DNA of 64,000 nt from an uncultured delta proteobacterium (lineage in GTDB: Bacteria > Desulfobacterota > BSN033 > UBA1163), in contig CAVQFR010000041.1 of NCBI GenBank assembly GCA_963711845.1, positions 21,182 through 85,181 on the forward strand. Reading direction: 5' to 3'. A model generated the notes under the pieces. That model searched no databases, had not been told where the DNA came from, and saw only the letters and a program-made list of their open reading frames with translations. The position numbers were made by a program, and so were the translations under genes. Shown piece after piece: positions 9,299 through 19,663 of the stretch (position 1 is the stretch's first letter; every line of letters starts with the position of its first letter).

Positions 9299-11089
9299 TC
9301 AGATAGCCTTCCTTAAAGTATCCCTGAGCTTCCTGGTTGCCTCCTCGTTAAACGTCAGGGTCTTGGGATCTATGATGACCCCATAATCTTCTCTGGCTTT
9401 TTCAAGGCTCACATATCCTTCAATCACATCACGCTCCACCCTTTCAGGTTCACGGTCCAGCGGATTTCCACAACCTCCTCCGCCGGCGGCATCGATGGTC
9501 ACGACATCACCTGGTTTTAACTGCGTTAACCCAAAAGGATTTCCAGAGACTCCGTTTACCAGAAACTGTGCTTTCGCTCCGGGTTTACCGCCGAAGAGTC
9601 CTTCCGGAGGATGGATATGTCTTCCTGCCTGTATTCCTAAATTCACGGGTGGAAGAGGGGCAGTCTGATCATCGGGCACTCTAAAGACTTCTCTTTGCCC
9701 ACTCCCTCCCTTCATCCTGCCAGGACCGCCCGAATCGGCAAGGAGCTCCCTGTTTTCTATCAGGAGAGGGGTGTCGCTTTCGAAAATCTCAACAGGGGTA
9801 TTCGCCCCATTCGCAGGGAAGATGTAGACGTAATTCCCATCGCTGACGGAACTGGCGCCCATTCCACCCCCTCTGATGATCACGGAATGCCATGGCCTTC
9901 CATCATTCCTTTTCCCATAGAACACATTCATCTGAGCAGGCGTGCCTCCACTTGCCGCAATCACCTTGCCCGGTGCGACTTCAGAGAGGGCTCTGTAGAT
10001 GATCTCCGTGATGTAATGGCCGATCACGAGCCGCGCTGCCACGGCTGCAGGGAATTTACAGTGCACGACAGTCCCCTCAGGTGCTTTCAGTTTGACGGGT
10101 TTTGCGCAGCCATCATTGTTCGGTATATCCGGTCCAAACATGCTCTTGATCGCCATAAACACATAGGCATAAGTGAAGTTGTAGACCACATTGCCGCCCC
10201 AATTGACCTGGGGGGAAGACCCATCGAGGTCCACCGTGATATCGCTTCCCTTTACTTCAACGGCTGCTTTAATCACCACATCCTGTTGCCCCTTCATCTG
10301 TTCTATGATACCTTCCGCGCGGTAGATGCCGTCCGGGATCTTCTCGATCTCCTCCCTCATGCTTTTCTCTGTGCGGCTGATCACTTGATCTGCGAGATCA
10401 TCCAGATTCTCTAAATCATTTTCCCTGAGCATCTGACCTATCTTCTCCGAGCAGACATGATTGGCTGCAATCTGGGACCGGATATCTCCGATCACCTCAT
10501 CGGGTGTCCGGACATTCCAGCGGATCATCTCCATCACAGACGGATTGAGCACCCCTCCGTCATAGAGCTTAACGAGGGGGATGAAGAGTCCTTCCTCAAA
10601 GACATCATGGTTGTCCGAGGAGACGCGACCCCCGATATCCGAATGATGAAAAACACAGGCAGTGAAGGCCACCACCTTATTCTTATAGAAGATAGGGCTC
10701 ATCACACAGACATCGTTCAGATGACCTGCCAGAGCCCAGGGGTCATTGGTGATGAAACTATCGCCAGGTTTGTAAGTTTCCAAAGGAAGTTTGGTGACAA
10801 GATTCTTGATTCCCAATGCCATCGCTCCGGATTGGCCGGGGGTTGCAAACGACCCTTGTGCAAGTTCCCGGCCTTTCTGGTCTGTGAACATGCAGGTGTA
10901 ATCATGCGCATCTCTCAGCAGGCTCGAAAAGGCTGTCCGGGCCACGGAGCCATCGGATTCATCCACAATGGAAATCAATCTCCGCCAGAGTATTTCTAAT
11001 GTGATTGGATCAAATGTGCGCCTTTTCCGTCCCATCTCATGCCTCCTATCAGGCTTCTGAAAAACGCCTCTCTGCGGCGTTTCTCTCAT
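9299..11089 (-). CDS. Hydantoinase B / oxoprolinase family protein (HyuB / acetone-carboxylase alpha-like)
   Basis: 596 aa in the hydantoinase_B family. It is paired with the downstream HyuA-family gene. The start may be the internal Met at about 11035. Confidence 0.85.
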   Translation of the reverse strand: MRETPQRGVFQKPDRRHEMGRKRRTFDPITLEILWRRLISIVDESDGSVARTAFSSLLRDAHDYTCMFTDQKGRELAQGSFATPGQSGAMALGIKNLVTKLPLETYKPGDSFITNDPWALAGHLNDVCVMSPIFYKNKVVAFTACVFHHSDIGGRVSSDNHDVFEEGLFIPLVKLYDGGVLNPSVMEMIRWNVRTPDEVIGDIRSQIAANHVCSEKIGQMLRENDLENLDDLADQVISRTEKSMREEIEKIPDGIYRAEGIIEQMKGQQDVVIKAAVEVKGSDITVDLDGSSPQVNWGGNVVYNFTYAYVFMAIKSMFGPDIPNNDGCAKPVKLKAPEGTVVHCKFPAAVAARLVIGHYITEIIYRALSEVAPGKVIAASGGTPAQMNVFYGKRNDGRPWHSVIIRGGGMGASSVSDGNYVYIFPANGANTPVEIFESDTPLLIENRELLADSGGPGRMKGGSGQREVFRVPDDQTAPLPPVNLGIQAGRHIHPPEGLFGGKPGAKAQFLVNGVSGNPFGLTQLKPGDVVTIDAAGGGGCGNPLDREPERVERDVIEGYVSLEKAREDYGVIIDPKTLTFNEEATRKLRDTLRKAI

Positions 11090-11299
11090 CCTCGCCCTGT
11101 TAGATAAGCAGCTATTTTTTAGAGAGAACCAGTTAAAATTTCAGCTCTCGAATGGCTGCAAAACAAATCAGGATTCTATCTAACAGGGCAAGTCGTCGCA
11201 GAATCCCTGTAGGGGCAATTCATAAATTGCCCCTACAATTTCCATATGGGCATTTTTGAGCAGCCTGAAAAGATTGTTCTCTCAATACCCTATTTTAAA

Positions 11300-13486
11300 T
11301 TAACGCTTCGATTTTCCTAGGGCTGAGGTCTTGGGTTTGGTCTTTGTCGATACGGAGCGACGTTCTTGACCTCGCCGCGAAGGAGCAAACGCGGGTGTCT
11401 TCGAAATATCAATCCATAGAAATCCAAAGTCGTCTACGGAAACCGAAGCGTCCTCGCCGACAATGACGGTCGACTCCTTCTCCTCAATGATCGCAGGGCC
11501 TCTAAACTTTGCCTTCGGAAAAAGTTTGTATCGATCGTAGACCGTGTAGGGGATAAAATTCCTGGCCATAGGGGAGTAAGCCTTGCGCTTCCCTTTGATC
11601 GCACGATCAAGAGATTTCCCCCTTTTTTCAAGTTTTGGAAATTGAATCAGTCGTTCAGGGAGACTCGCCTTGACTTTAAAATTAATAAACTCCACTTCCG
11701 AGTCAGGATAGGTCCTTCCGTATAACTTCACGTAGACTTCATCAAAGCGTCGACGGACCTCTTCCTTCTTCATCTTTGTAAAATCTCTCTCAGAGAGTGG
11801 AACGTTCGTTTCTGCTCCTTGTCCAACAAAACGCATATCCAGGGATCTTTGTATTTTGATATCTTTTTCTGTGGCCTCTTTCTTTAAGATTCTTGTTGCG
11901 TCCGCTTCCAGTTCCGTAAAGATCTTTTCAATTTCATTAAAATTGGCGGCCCCCAGGGAAACCTTATGGCTCCTGAGAAGATCAAAGGCCCGAGGAGCAG
12001 TGAAGAAGCCGAGTGCCGAACCTACTCCCGCATTCGGCGGGACGAGCAACCGGGGCGCTCCCAATTTCTTGCACAGACCATAAGCATGGACTGGCCCCGC
12101 TCCTCCGAACGCAACCATCGTTACGATTTTGGGATTTCCTCCTTTTTCAGCAATATGTGTCTTGGCGGCTGCGGCCATGGTCTCATTAATGAGATCATGG
12201 ATTCCCCATACGGCCTGTATGAATGAAACTCCCAAAGGCTTGGCAACCTTTTCCTCAACGCCTCGTCTTGCCCCCTCCTTATCGAGCTTCATTTCACCTC
12301 CAAGGAAGTAGTTCTCATCGAGATAGCCCAATAAGAGATCGGCATCGGTGACACAGGGGTCCGACCCTCCTATTGCGTAACAGATGGGTCCGGGATCCGC
12401 CCCTGAGCTCTCCGGCCCCACCTGAAGCGTTCCCATCCTGCTTACCTTTGCAATACTGCCACCTCCTGCTCCGATTTCCATCAAGTCAACAACAGGCACC
12501 TGAATGGTGAGACCGCTGCCTTTCATGAACCTCTGAACACGGCCGACCTCAAAAGTCGGTACAACACCGGCAACCCCTTTTTGAATCAGGCAGGACTTGG
12601 CGGTTGTCCCCCCCATGTCAAAGCAGAACATTTCCGAAATCTTGAAGAGTTTGCCGTAGTATTGACCCGCGATGACCGCTGCGGTCGGACCAGATTCGAT
12701 GATCCTTACCGGAAATTCAGCCGCTGTTTCGACGGAGGTAACGCCCCCGCTTGAAAGCATGATGAAAAGCTTTCCCTTAGAGCCAATGGACTCCAGCCTT
12801 CCTGCGAGCCTGGAAAGATATCTTCCCGTCAGAGGCTTCACATAGGCGTTGGTCGCTGTGGTGCTGGTTCTCTCATACTCCTTAATCTGCGGTAAAACCC
12901 GGAATGAAATGGAGACCGACATCCCGGGAGCTTCCTTTTCGATGATCTCCTTGAGCATCAGCTCGTGGGTTGGATTCTCAAAAGAATTGATGAGACAGAC
13001 AGCAATCGATTCTACGCCCATTTTGAGGAGAGACCGGACCCTTTGCCTCGCCTCCTCGGGGTCGAGCGACTTTAAGACGGTCCCGTCGCTCCGAATCCTT
13101 TCATCCACTTCGAGACGGAACTGTCTCGGAATCAAGGGCTTGGGGAATTCAGCAAACACATCGTAAGGCGCATACCGGATCCCCCTTCCGATTTCCAAAA
13201 CATCCCTGAAGCCCTTTGTCGTGATCAGGCCTGTTTTGGCTCCCTTTCTTTCTATAATAGAATTGATGACCAGGGTTGTTCCATGGATCACTTCGTCCAT
13301 TTTCACCACAAAGCCCGGTGAATTCTTCTCCATTTCTCTGATGCCGTGTTCCACGGCATCAGAGGGGTCTTTGGGAGTGGTCAGACACTTATAGATTTTT
13401 ATCCCCCCTGTTCGATCGTTCAGCAGGACAAAGTCGGTGAAGGTGCCGCCAATGTCACAGCCTAATCGATAAGACTTTTCAGCCAT
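11300..13486 (-). CDS. Hydantoinase A / oxoprolinase family protein (HyuA / acetone-carboxylase beta-like), with an unusual Lys/Arg-rich C-terminal tail
   Basis: 728 aa. N-terminus MAEKSYRLGCDIGGTFTDFVLL... is the typical HyuA ATPase fold. C-terminus ...SRRGQERRSVSTKTKPKTSALGKSKR. Confidence 0.85.
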   Translation of the reverse strand: MAEKSYRLGCDIGGTFTDFVLLNDRTGGIKIYKCLTTPKDPSDAVEHGIREMEKNSPGFVVKMDEVIHGTTLVINSIIERKGAKTGLITTKGFRDVLEIGRGIRYAPYDVFAEFPKPLIPRQFRLEVDERIRSDGTVLKSLDPEEARQRVRSLLKMGVESIAVCLINSFENPTHELMLKEIIEKEAPGMSVSISFRVLPQIKEYERTSTTATNAYVKPLTGRYLSRLAGRLESIGSKGKLFIMLSSGGVTSVETAAEFPVRIIESGPTAAVIAGQYYGKLFKISEMFCFDMGGTTAKSCLIQKGVAGVVPTFEVGRVQRFMKGSGLTIQVPVVDLMEIGAGGGSIAKVSRMGTLQVGPESSGADPGPICYAIGGSDPCVTDADLLLGYLDENYFLGGEMKLDKEGARRGVEEKVAKPLGVSFIQAVWGIHDLINETMAAAAKTHIAEKGGNPKIVTMVAFGGAGPVHAYGLCKKLGAPRLLVPPNAGVGSALGFFTAPRAFDLLRSHKVSLGAANFNEIEKIFTELEADATRILKKEATEKDIKIQRSLDMRFVGQGAETNVPLSERDFTKMKKEEVRRRFDEVYVKLYGRTYPDSEVEFINFKVKASLPERLIQFPKLEKRGKSLDRAIKGKRKAYSPMARNFIPYTVYDRYKLFPKAKFRGPAIIEEKESTVIVGEDASVSVDDFGFLWIDISKTPAFAPSRRGQERRSVSTKTKPKTSALGKSKR

Positions 13487-13982
13487 GTTTACCCCCTCGT
13501 CTGAAATTCCAAATCCCTAAATCCCTGCTTACCGGCCCCGGTCCCGACCGAGGACGGGGCAGGCGGGTCAAACAAACTCCAAATTCCAATGTCAAATGAT
13601 CTGGAAGCTTTTGTTTGTGGTTTCGAAATGGATCCATCGGAGTTTATTTTTTATTTGATGCCTGGAATTGAGCGCCTTCCATGCTTCTCTTTCAAGATGA
13701 ACCTTCGAATCTTGCCGCTTGCCGTTTTGGGGGGTTCTTCAAAGATCAAAGCTTTCTTATGAGGTTGAAGAAAACTCGATTGCCGTATCCAATCACTGAT
13801 GTTAATCATCTTCAAACGTTCGAGTGAATTATAAGGCGATGAAGAAAGGATTCAATCACCTTCCCCTTTGATGCCTACCGGCAGGTGAGCAGGGGGGAAG
13901 GTCCTGACATATTGGAATAGTGGAATACTGGATTGTCGGAAACCCGTTATGCCAGTACTCCAACATTCCGTTACTCCATGTC

Positions 13983-15611
13983 TTAGAAGATGGAGGGTTC
14001 TTTAAACTCTCCGTAGACACCCTTAAAGACCTTTGTCATCTCACCCACAGTGGCATAAGCCTTACAGCATTCGAGAAGATAGGGCATGACGTTCTTCTCA
14101 GCCCTCGCAGCACTTTCGAGATCTTTCAGCAACTGTGAAACCTTTCGATTGTCCCTTTCGCGCTTCACCTCTCGAAGCCGCTGGACCTGTTCTTCTGCGG
14201 ATCCCAACCGGTATTCGTGGAGCTCAACCTCCATCTCTTCCCCTTCCGTATATTTATTTACTCCCACCTTGATCAACTCTCCCTTTTGGACCCCTTTCTC
14301 AAACTCGTAGGCCTGCCTCGCGACTTCTTTCTGAACGTAGCCCGTCTCAACGGCCTTGATCATCCCTCCCATTTCATCGACCCGCTTCATCTCCTCAATA
14401 ATTTTTTCCTCCATCTGTTTGGTCAAGGTTTCGATAAAGTAGGAACCCGCCAAGGGATCGACCGTATCCCTCAACCCAATCTCTTCCATCAGAATCTGGA
14501 ATGTCCTGAGAGAGAGGAGGGCTGCTCTGGGCGTTGGGATGGTGTAAGCTTCGTCAAAGGAACAGAGAGCAGTCGTCTGAGCGCCGCCTAAAGCCGCCGC
14601 CAGGGCATAGTACGCACCTCGAATGATATTGTTTTCGGGCTGGGCTTTGGTCATTCCATATCCGCCGCCGCCAAAGATTCCCCGCAAGAGGAGGGATCGA
14701 TTATCCTTGGCTCCGTAGCGCTCCTTCAGGTTTTTTGCCCAGAGTTTTCTTGCCGCACGGAACTTGGCTACTTGTTCCCAGAGGTTTCCAAAGACATTGA
14801 GGTTGAAGGTGAAGCCCCTGACAAAATCGTCGATGTGATGGCCACGGCGCAAGACTTCCTCGATATAGGTATTGGCAATCTGGAAGGCGTAAGCGATTTC
14901 CTGAACAGGAGAACAACCCGATTCGCGAATGTGATAACCACAAACACTGACAGGGTTGGTTCGGGGAAGTTCCTTCATCGAATATTCGATCGTATCACCG
15001 ATGAGACGTACGGCGGGTTTCACTGGAAAGATCCATGCTCCCCGTCCGATCATCTCTTTGAGAATATCGTTTTGAGGGGTAGCGCTCACTCGATCTTTTT
15101 TAAATCCATATTTTTCGGCAGTTGCCTGGAACATGGCCAGCATGATGCTTGCTACAGCATTGATGGTGAGGCCGGCGCCAATTCGGTCGAGTGGGATGCC
15201 CTGGAAGGCAACTTCGAAGTCTCTGAGAGAATCAACCGCCATACCTACCCTTCCCACCTCACCCTCCGCCAACGGGTCATCGGAATCGAGACCCATTTGG
15301 GTGGGAAGATCGAAGGCGACATTGAGACCGGTCTGGCCATGGGAGATCATCAGTTTGAAACGCTCATTGGTCTCTTTGGGCCTTCCGAAACCCGTATACT
15401 GCCGGGTGGTCCACTCCCGACTCCGGTAGCCAAGGGAATGGATTCCCCGGGTGTAAGGATATTCGCCTGGAAGACCTAAGTCCTTGTCCGGGTCAAAACC
15501 GATCGCTTCTAAATCCTTCTTCGTATAGAGAGGTTTGACGTGGATGCCAGATTGGAGGATCACATCCTGAACTTCGTCTTTCTCATTCTTGATATATTTT
15601 GCAACACCCAT
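13983..15611 (-). CDS. Acyl-CoA mutase large (substrate-binding TIM-barrel) subunit, methylmalonyl-CoA mutase family
   Basis: MCM catalytic-domain homology throughout. The likely start is ATG at 15611 with RBS GGGAG. The B12-binding domain is encoded separately, upstream. Confidence 0.85.
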   Translation of the reverse strand: MGVAKYIKNEKDEVQDVILQSGIHVKPLYTKKDLEAIGFDPDKDLGLPGEYPYTRGIHSLGYRSREWTTRQYTGFGRPKETNERFKLMISHGQTGLNVAFDLPTQMGLDSDDPLAEGEVGRVGMAVDSLRDFEVAFQGIPLDRIGAGLTINAVASIMLAMFQATAEKYGFKKDRVSATPQNDILKEMIGRGAWIFPVKPAVRLIGDTIEYSMKELPRTNPVSVCGYHIRESGCSPVQEIAYAFQIANTYIEEVLRRGHHIDDFVRGFTFNLNVFGNLWEQVAKFRAARKLWAKNLKERYGAKDNRSLLLRGIFGGGGYGMTKAQPENNIIRGAYYALAAALGGAQTTALCSFDEAYTIPTPRAALLSLRTFQILMEEIGLRDTVDPLAGSYFIETLTKQMEEKIIEEMKRVDEMGGMIKAVETGYVQKEVARQAYEFEKGVQKGELIKVGVNKYTEGEEMEVELHEYRLGSAEEQVQRLREVKRERDNRKVSQLLKDLESAARAEKNVMPYLLECCKAYATVGEMTKVFKGVYGEFKEPSIF

Positions 15612-15647
15612 AGTAAACTCCCAAAATCCGAATATCGAAATCTTCAC

Positions 15648-15860
15648 CCTGTTAAGTCATTCCGCCTGAAGTTGACGACTTTACTTTTCCTGGACGGATC
15701 GTGATACATCAAACCAAAAGCTACCCAAAACCTACTTAACAGGGCAGGCAAATCCGAAATTTAAATATCAAAATTCAAGAGGTTTCCGTTTGGGAAATTG
15801 GGTTTCTGGACATTTGTATTTGTTTCGGATTTCGTGCTTCGAATTTAAAGTTTTCCCCGA
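15648..15860. repeat. Intergenic heptad-periodic repeat element (same family as 2943-3203)
   Basis: aaaatccgaatatcgaaatc at about 15622-15642, caaatccgaaatttaaatatcaaaattc at about 15752-15780, and ggatttcgtgcttcgaatttaaag at 15820-15845. Confidence 0.6.
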
Positions 15861-16262
15861 TCAAGATCGGGGTTTAATATGTTCTTTGATCCATCGGATC
15901 GATTCGTCGAAAGAGGTTCCTCCGGGAAAGATGCCCTGGATCCCAATCTTTTGGAGAGGAGGGATATCCCGTTTGGGGATGACACCGCCAATGACTACCA
16001 GGATATCATCGATCTTCTTCTTTTCCATTTCCTTCATCAGTTTTTCACAGATCGGCAGGTGGGCTCCGGACATGATGGATAGGCCGATGACATCCACACC
16101 CTCCTGGATGGCGGTATGGGTGATCTGATCGATGGTCTGATGAAGGCCGGTGTAAATGACCTCCATCCCCGCATCACGGAGGGCTTGCGCCACCACTTTC
16201 GCCCCTCGATCATGACCGTCCAAACCAGGTTTTGCGACTAAGATACGAATTTTTTTCTCCAC
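15861..16262 (-). CDS. Cobalamin (B12)-binding small subunit of an acyl-CoA mutase
   Basis: 133 aa. B12-binding Rossmann domain with a DxHxxG-type motif (GLDGHDRGAKVVAQAL). Confidence 0.85.
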   Translation of the reverse strand: MEKKIRILVAKPGLDGHDRGAKVVAQALRDAGMEVIYTGLHQTIDQITHTAIQEGVDVIGLSIMSGAHLPICEKLMKEMEKKKIDDILVVIGGVIPKRDIPPLQKIGIQGIFPGGTSFDESIRWIKEHIKPRS

Positions 16263-16274
16263 CTCATCACTCCC

Positions 16275-16961
16275 TTAAGGAATCATTCTCCCCTCATCAA
16301 TTTCCCTTAAAACAAGTTCCTTGCCTCTCGCCAGATGCTTCCGGACAAGCCTTTCTGCCAATCTTGGGTTCTTCTTCTTCATCGCTTCCAACATCTGACG
16401 ATGGTCTTTATGGGAGGAGCTTACGCCATCTTGTATATGGAGCAAGGCAGACCGATACCGATAAAAATAGTCGCGGAAGGTATTGATCATCTCGACCAGT
16501 TTTTTGCTTTTACAGGATTTGTAGAGGAGATCATGGAATTCAGTGTTTAGCTGAACGACCTTATCATGGTCTCCTTTCTCCAAGGCATCCTCCGATTCCT
16601 TCAATTTATTCTCCAAAATGGAGATTTTGTCCGGGGCCATATGAAGGGTGGCTAAATAAGCAGCATAACTCTCGAGGGCACTCCGAATTCCAAAGATTTC
16701 CTCCACGTCCTCTTTTGTGAATTCCCTGACCGCAAAACCCCCTTTGGGAAGTCGGGTGACTAATTCATCCTTTTCCAGTTTGTGGAAAGCCTCTCTGACA
16801 GGGGTACGGCTGATTCCCGCGTGATCGGCCAATTGCTCCTCAATGAGATGCTGGCCGGGTTTCAATTTTCCGTGAAGAATAGATTTTCTTAATGACTCAT
16901 AGACTTCTTCCCGTAGGGATTTCTTTTTGCGGATCCGAAGGCCTCCTAATGTCGTTTCCAT
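16275..16961 (-). CDS. GntR family transcriptional regulator (FadR/FCD subfamily)
   Basis: 228 aa. N-terminal wHTH (ISRTPVREAFHKLEKDELV) followed by an FCD ligand domain. Divergent to the CoA-transferase gene. Confidence 0.9.
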   Translation of the reverse strand: METTLGGLRIRKKKSLREEVYESLRKSILHGKLKPGQHLIEEQLADHAGISRTPVREAFHKLEKDELVTRLPKGGFAVREFTKEDVEEIFGIRSALESYAAYLATLHMAPDKISILENKLKESEDALEKGDHDKVVQLNTEFHDLLYKSCKSKKLVEMINTFRDYFYRYRSALLHIQDGVSSSHKDHRQMLEAMKKKNPRLAERLVRKHLARGKELVLREIDEGRMIP

Positions 16962-16984
16962 GGAACCCTCCTTTTTTTAGTTAG

Positions 16985-17003
16985 AATTTTGTATACTGTA
17001 TCC
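16985..17003. promoter_or_regulatory. Putative GntR operator copy (TTGTATACTGTATCCAG)
   Basis: Shares the GTATAC-N-GTATMC motif with 7168-7186 and 17122-17140. Confidence 0.4.
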
Positions 17004-17121
17004 AGAGTAACCTCTTTTTTATATGCCAAGGGTCTTGGCTTGTCAAGGGTTTTTTGGTGAGGAAACGGGATAGGGAAGGGGAAAAGGCTTGACACCATCA
17101 GGGTTTTGGGTATATATAATT

Positions 17122-17140
17122 TTTTGTATACAGTATCCAA
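17122..17140. promoter_or_regulatory. Putative GntR operator copy (TTGTATACAGTATCCAA)
   Basis: Same motif, about 25 bp upstream of the CoA-transferase RBS. Confidence 0.4.
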
Positions 17141-17163
17141 ATCGAGACCAGGAGGCGATTTTC

Positions 17164-18282
17164 ATGGACGAAGTCCAACTTTTTGAACATATTACTGTTT
17201 TGAGTCTCGAACAGGCAACTGTTCTCCCCTATTTAACCCTCCGTTTGGCTGAGGAAGGAGCCCATGTCATTCGCCTTGAACATCCCATCTACGGTGACCC
17301 GAACCGGAGGATCGGGGACGATGTCCTGAAAGAGGACAGAATGTTTTCCTACTACCTCTCCATCAATGCGGGAAAAAAGGCTTTGACGCTGGACTTGGCA
17401 ACCCCGGAGGGAGCAAAAATCTTGAAGGAACTCGTCCTCAAACTGAAGGTGGATATCTTTGCCACCAACCAACTCCCCAGAAATTATGCTAAGCTCGGGA
17501 TTGAATATCAGATGCTTAAGAAGATTAAAGAGGATATTATCTGGTTGGGGATGACCGGTTTCGGTCCGCAGAGTAATGAGGCCGCCTATGATCCTGTGCT
17601 GCAAGCAAGAGGAGGATTGATGGACCTCACCGGTGAAAAAGGAGGAAGCCCTCAGGTGATGGGGATACCTCTCCCTGATATGGGAGCGAGTGAACACGGT
17701 TATGGCCTCTTAATGAAGGCCCTTTATAAAAGAGCCGTTACAGGACAAGGAAGCCGCATCGATCTCTCGATGTTCGAAAGCACGGTCTCCTGGCTCACTC
17801 AGGCCATCACCCATACGGTTTCGTTCAGGAAAAAGGTGACGCGAAGGGGAAATACTCACGAATTCTTTGCTCCGGTTTCCGTTTACGAGACAAAGAATGG
17901 CTATGCTTACATTGCCTTGGGAAATGACCGGCAATGGGAGACAATGACCAAGATTCCAGGGTTTGAATCTCTCTCCAAGAGAGAGTATGAGCGAAACGCA
18001 GGCCGGATTGCCGATGTCGATAATCTCAACCGGGCACTCAATACGATTACAGGAAACTTTACCACGGAGGAATTGATGGATACCTTTAATAAGGCCACTC
18101 TTCCCATCTCCAAGGTAAATTCAATTGAAGAAGTCGTGGAGGATCCCTTTGTCAAACCCAACTTGATTCGAAGCAAAGATCCAAAGACAGGGATTGGAAA
18201 TCACCATTGCCCCCCCGTCCGTCGAATACCTCGTTCTGAAATCGATCAATCGAATGACTCGCTTTCCTCCCCGATTCGGTGA
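17164..18282 (+). CDS. CoA-transferase family III (CaiB/BaiF/benzylsuccinate-CoA-transferase-like)
   Basis: Family III CoA-transferase signature (LSLEQATVLPYLTLRLAEEGAHVIRLE...). The likely start is ATG at 17164 after AGGAGG. The longer ORF from 17089 reads through the promoter/operator. Confidence 0.85.
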   Translation: MDEVQLFEHITVLSLEQATVLPYLTLRLAEEGAHVIRLEHPIYGDPNRRIGDDVLKEDRMFSYYLSINAGKKALTLDLATPEGAKILKELVLKLKVDIFATNQLPRNYAKLGIEYQMLKKIKEDIIWLGMTGFGPQSNEAAYDPVLQARGGLMDLTGEKGGSPQVMGIPLPDMGASEHGYGLLMKALYKRAVTGQGSRIDLSMFESTVSWLTQAITHTVSFRKKVTRRGNTHEFFAPVSVYETKNGYAYIALGNDRQWETMTKIPGFESLSKREYERNAGRIADVDNLNRALNTITGNFTTEELMDTFNKATLPISKVNSIEEVVEDPFVKPNLIRSKDPKTGIGNHHCPPVRRIPRSEIDQSNDSLSSPIR

Positions 18283-18502
18283 ACACAACGAGGAGATTTA
18301 CGGTGGGCTCTTGGGATATAGTAGCGGCCGGCTGAAGGAGTACAAGGAGAAAAATATTATTTAGTTATGAGTTTTGAATTTAGAATTTGGAGGTTGAGAC
18401 TTGTTTGGGATTTGTGATTTTGGATTTAAGTGTGTCCAAATCAGAAGAATGGTCCAAAAACTGCTGGCGATCATTTGCATCATACGCCCAAAGGAGTGAG
18501 CC

Positions 18503-19663
18503 ATGGCACTTGACTTCAGTTTTACAGAAGACCACGAGTTCTTCAGGCAGACAGTCCGGGTTGCTGTGAAGCGTTTAATCATACCCCGGGTCAAGGAACT
18601 GGACGAAAAAGAGGAATTCCCCTGGGACCTCTGGAAGGAATTTGCTGCCCTGGGGTATCTCGGTCTAAGACACGAAGAAAAATACGGGGGCATGGCAACC
18701 GATATCATTAGTCAGATGATCTTCTATGAAGAACTCGCAAGGGGATCTTGCGGATTTGCTATGTCGGTAATCATGCAGATTCTCATGGGAACCTATTTCA
18801 TCGCCCGTTTTGGAAGCGAGGCCATCAAACAAAGAATCCTTGTGCCAGCGATCAAAGGCGAGAAAATCGGAGCAATCTGCTTTACGGAAGACCAGTCCGG
18901 TTCTGACCTTGCTGGAACAAGAACTGTCGCAACGAAGGTGGATGGAGGTTGGAGGATCGACGGCCGAAAACAGTGGATCACCAACGGTCCAATTGCTGAA
19001 TTCGCTACAGTGATGGCAACGGTGGATCGGAAAATGGGCCTTAAGGGTCTTAATTTTTACCTCGTAGAAAGGAAGACGGAGAATCGTGATGGGTTCGTCC
19101 CCGGCCAGAAGATCCATAAATTGGGCTCTCGCTGCTCGGTGACAGGGGAATTGGTGTTCGACAATGTCTTTGTTCCTGATGAGAATTTCCTGGGAGAAGA
19201 GATTGGTAAAGGGGTTCAGTACGCAGGGGAGATATTAAATGAAGTCCGGGTGATGACTGGTATGAATGCTTTGGGGATTGCAAAAGAAGCCATGGAAGAT
19301 GCGAGGCAATATGCCAATAACCGAATTGCTTTTGGAAACCCTATCAGCAAGTATCAACTCATTCGCGAAAAATTTGCCAAATTCTGGGCCTGGTATGAGG
19401 CTTCGCGAACCTTCCTCTACAAATGCGCATGGATGATTCAAAACAACATTCCTTGTACTAACGAATGCATGTTGGCCAAATATCATTCTGCAGAGATGTG
19501 TATGTACGCGGTGGAAGAGGCCATGAGGATCTACGGTGGAAACGCCTTCTGCAGTGAAATCTCTGTTCAACGATTCTGGAGAGATGCCAAATTCCTGCTC
19601 TATGGTGGTGGCACCCATGAAGTTCTGTGTGACTATCTGGGAAGGATTTACTGTAAAGATTAA
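18503..19663 (+). CDS. Acyl-CoA dehydrogenase
   Basis: 386 aa with the ACAD fold (N-terminal helical, beta and C-terminal helical domains; ...YGGNAFCSEISVQRFWRDAKF...). Confidence 0.9.
   Translation: MALDFSFTEDHEFFRQTVRVAVKRLIIPRVKELDEKEEFPWDLWKEFAALGYLGLRHEEKYGGMATDIISQMIFYEELARGSCGFAMSVIMQILMGTYFIARFGSEAIKQRILVPAIKGEKIGAICFTEDQSGSDLAGTRTVATKVDGGWRIDGRKQWITNGPIAEFATVMATVDRKMGLKGLNFYLVERKTENRDGFVPGQKIHKLGSRCSVTGELVFDNVFVPDENFLGEEIGKGVQYAGEILNEVRVMTGMNALGIAKEAMEDARQYANNRIAFGNPISKYQLIREKFAKFWAWYEASRTFLYKCAWMIQNNIPCTNECMLAKYHSAEMCMYAVEEAMRIYGGNAFCSEISVQRFWRDAKFLLYGGGTHEVLCDYLGRIYCKD

Noticed and set aside
9695-10999. Large plus-strand ORFs 9695..10414 (239 aa) and 10457..10999 (180 aa)
   Set aside because: Antisense shadows inside the hydantoinase B gene. 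Low-complexity, His/Arg-rich translations typical of GC-biased antisense frames.
14772-15479. 235 aa plus-strand ORF
   Set aside because: Lies inside and antisense to the well-supported acyl-CoA mutase large-subunit gene.
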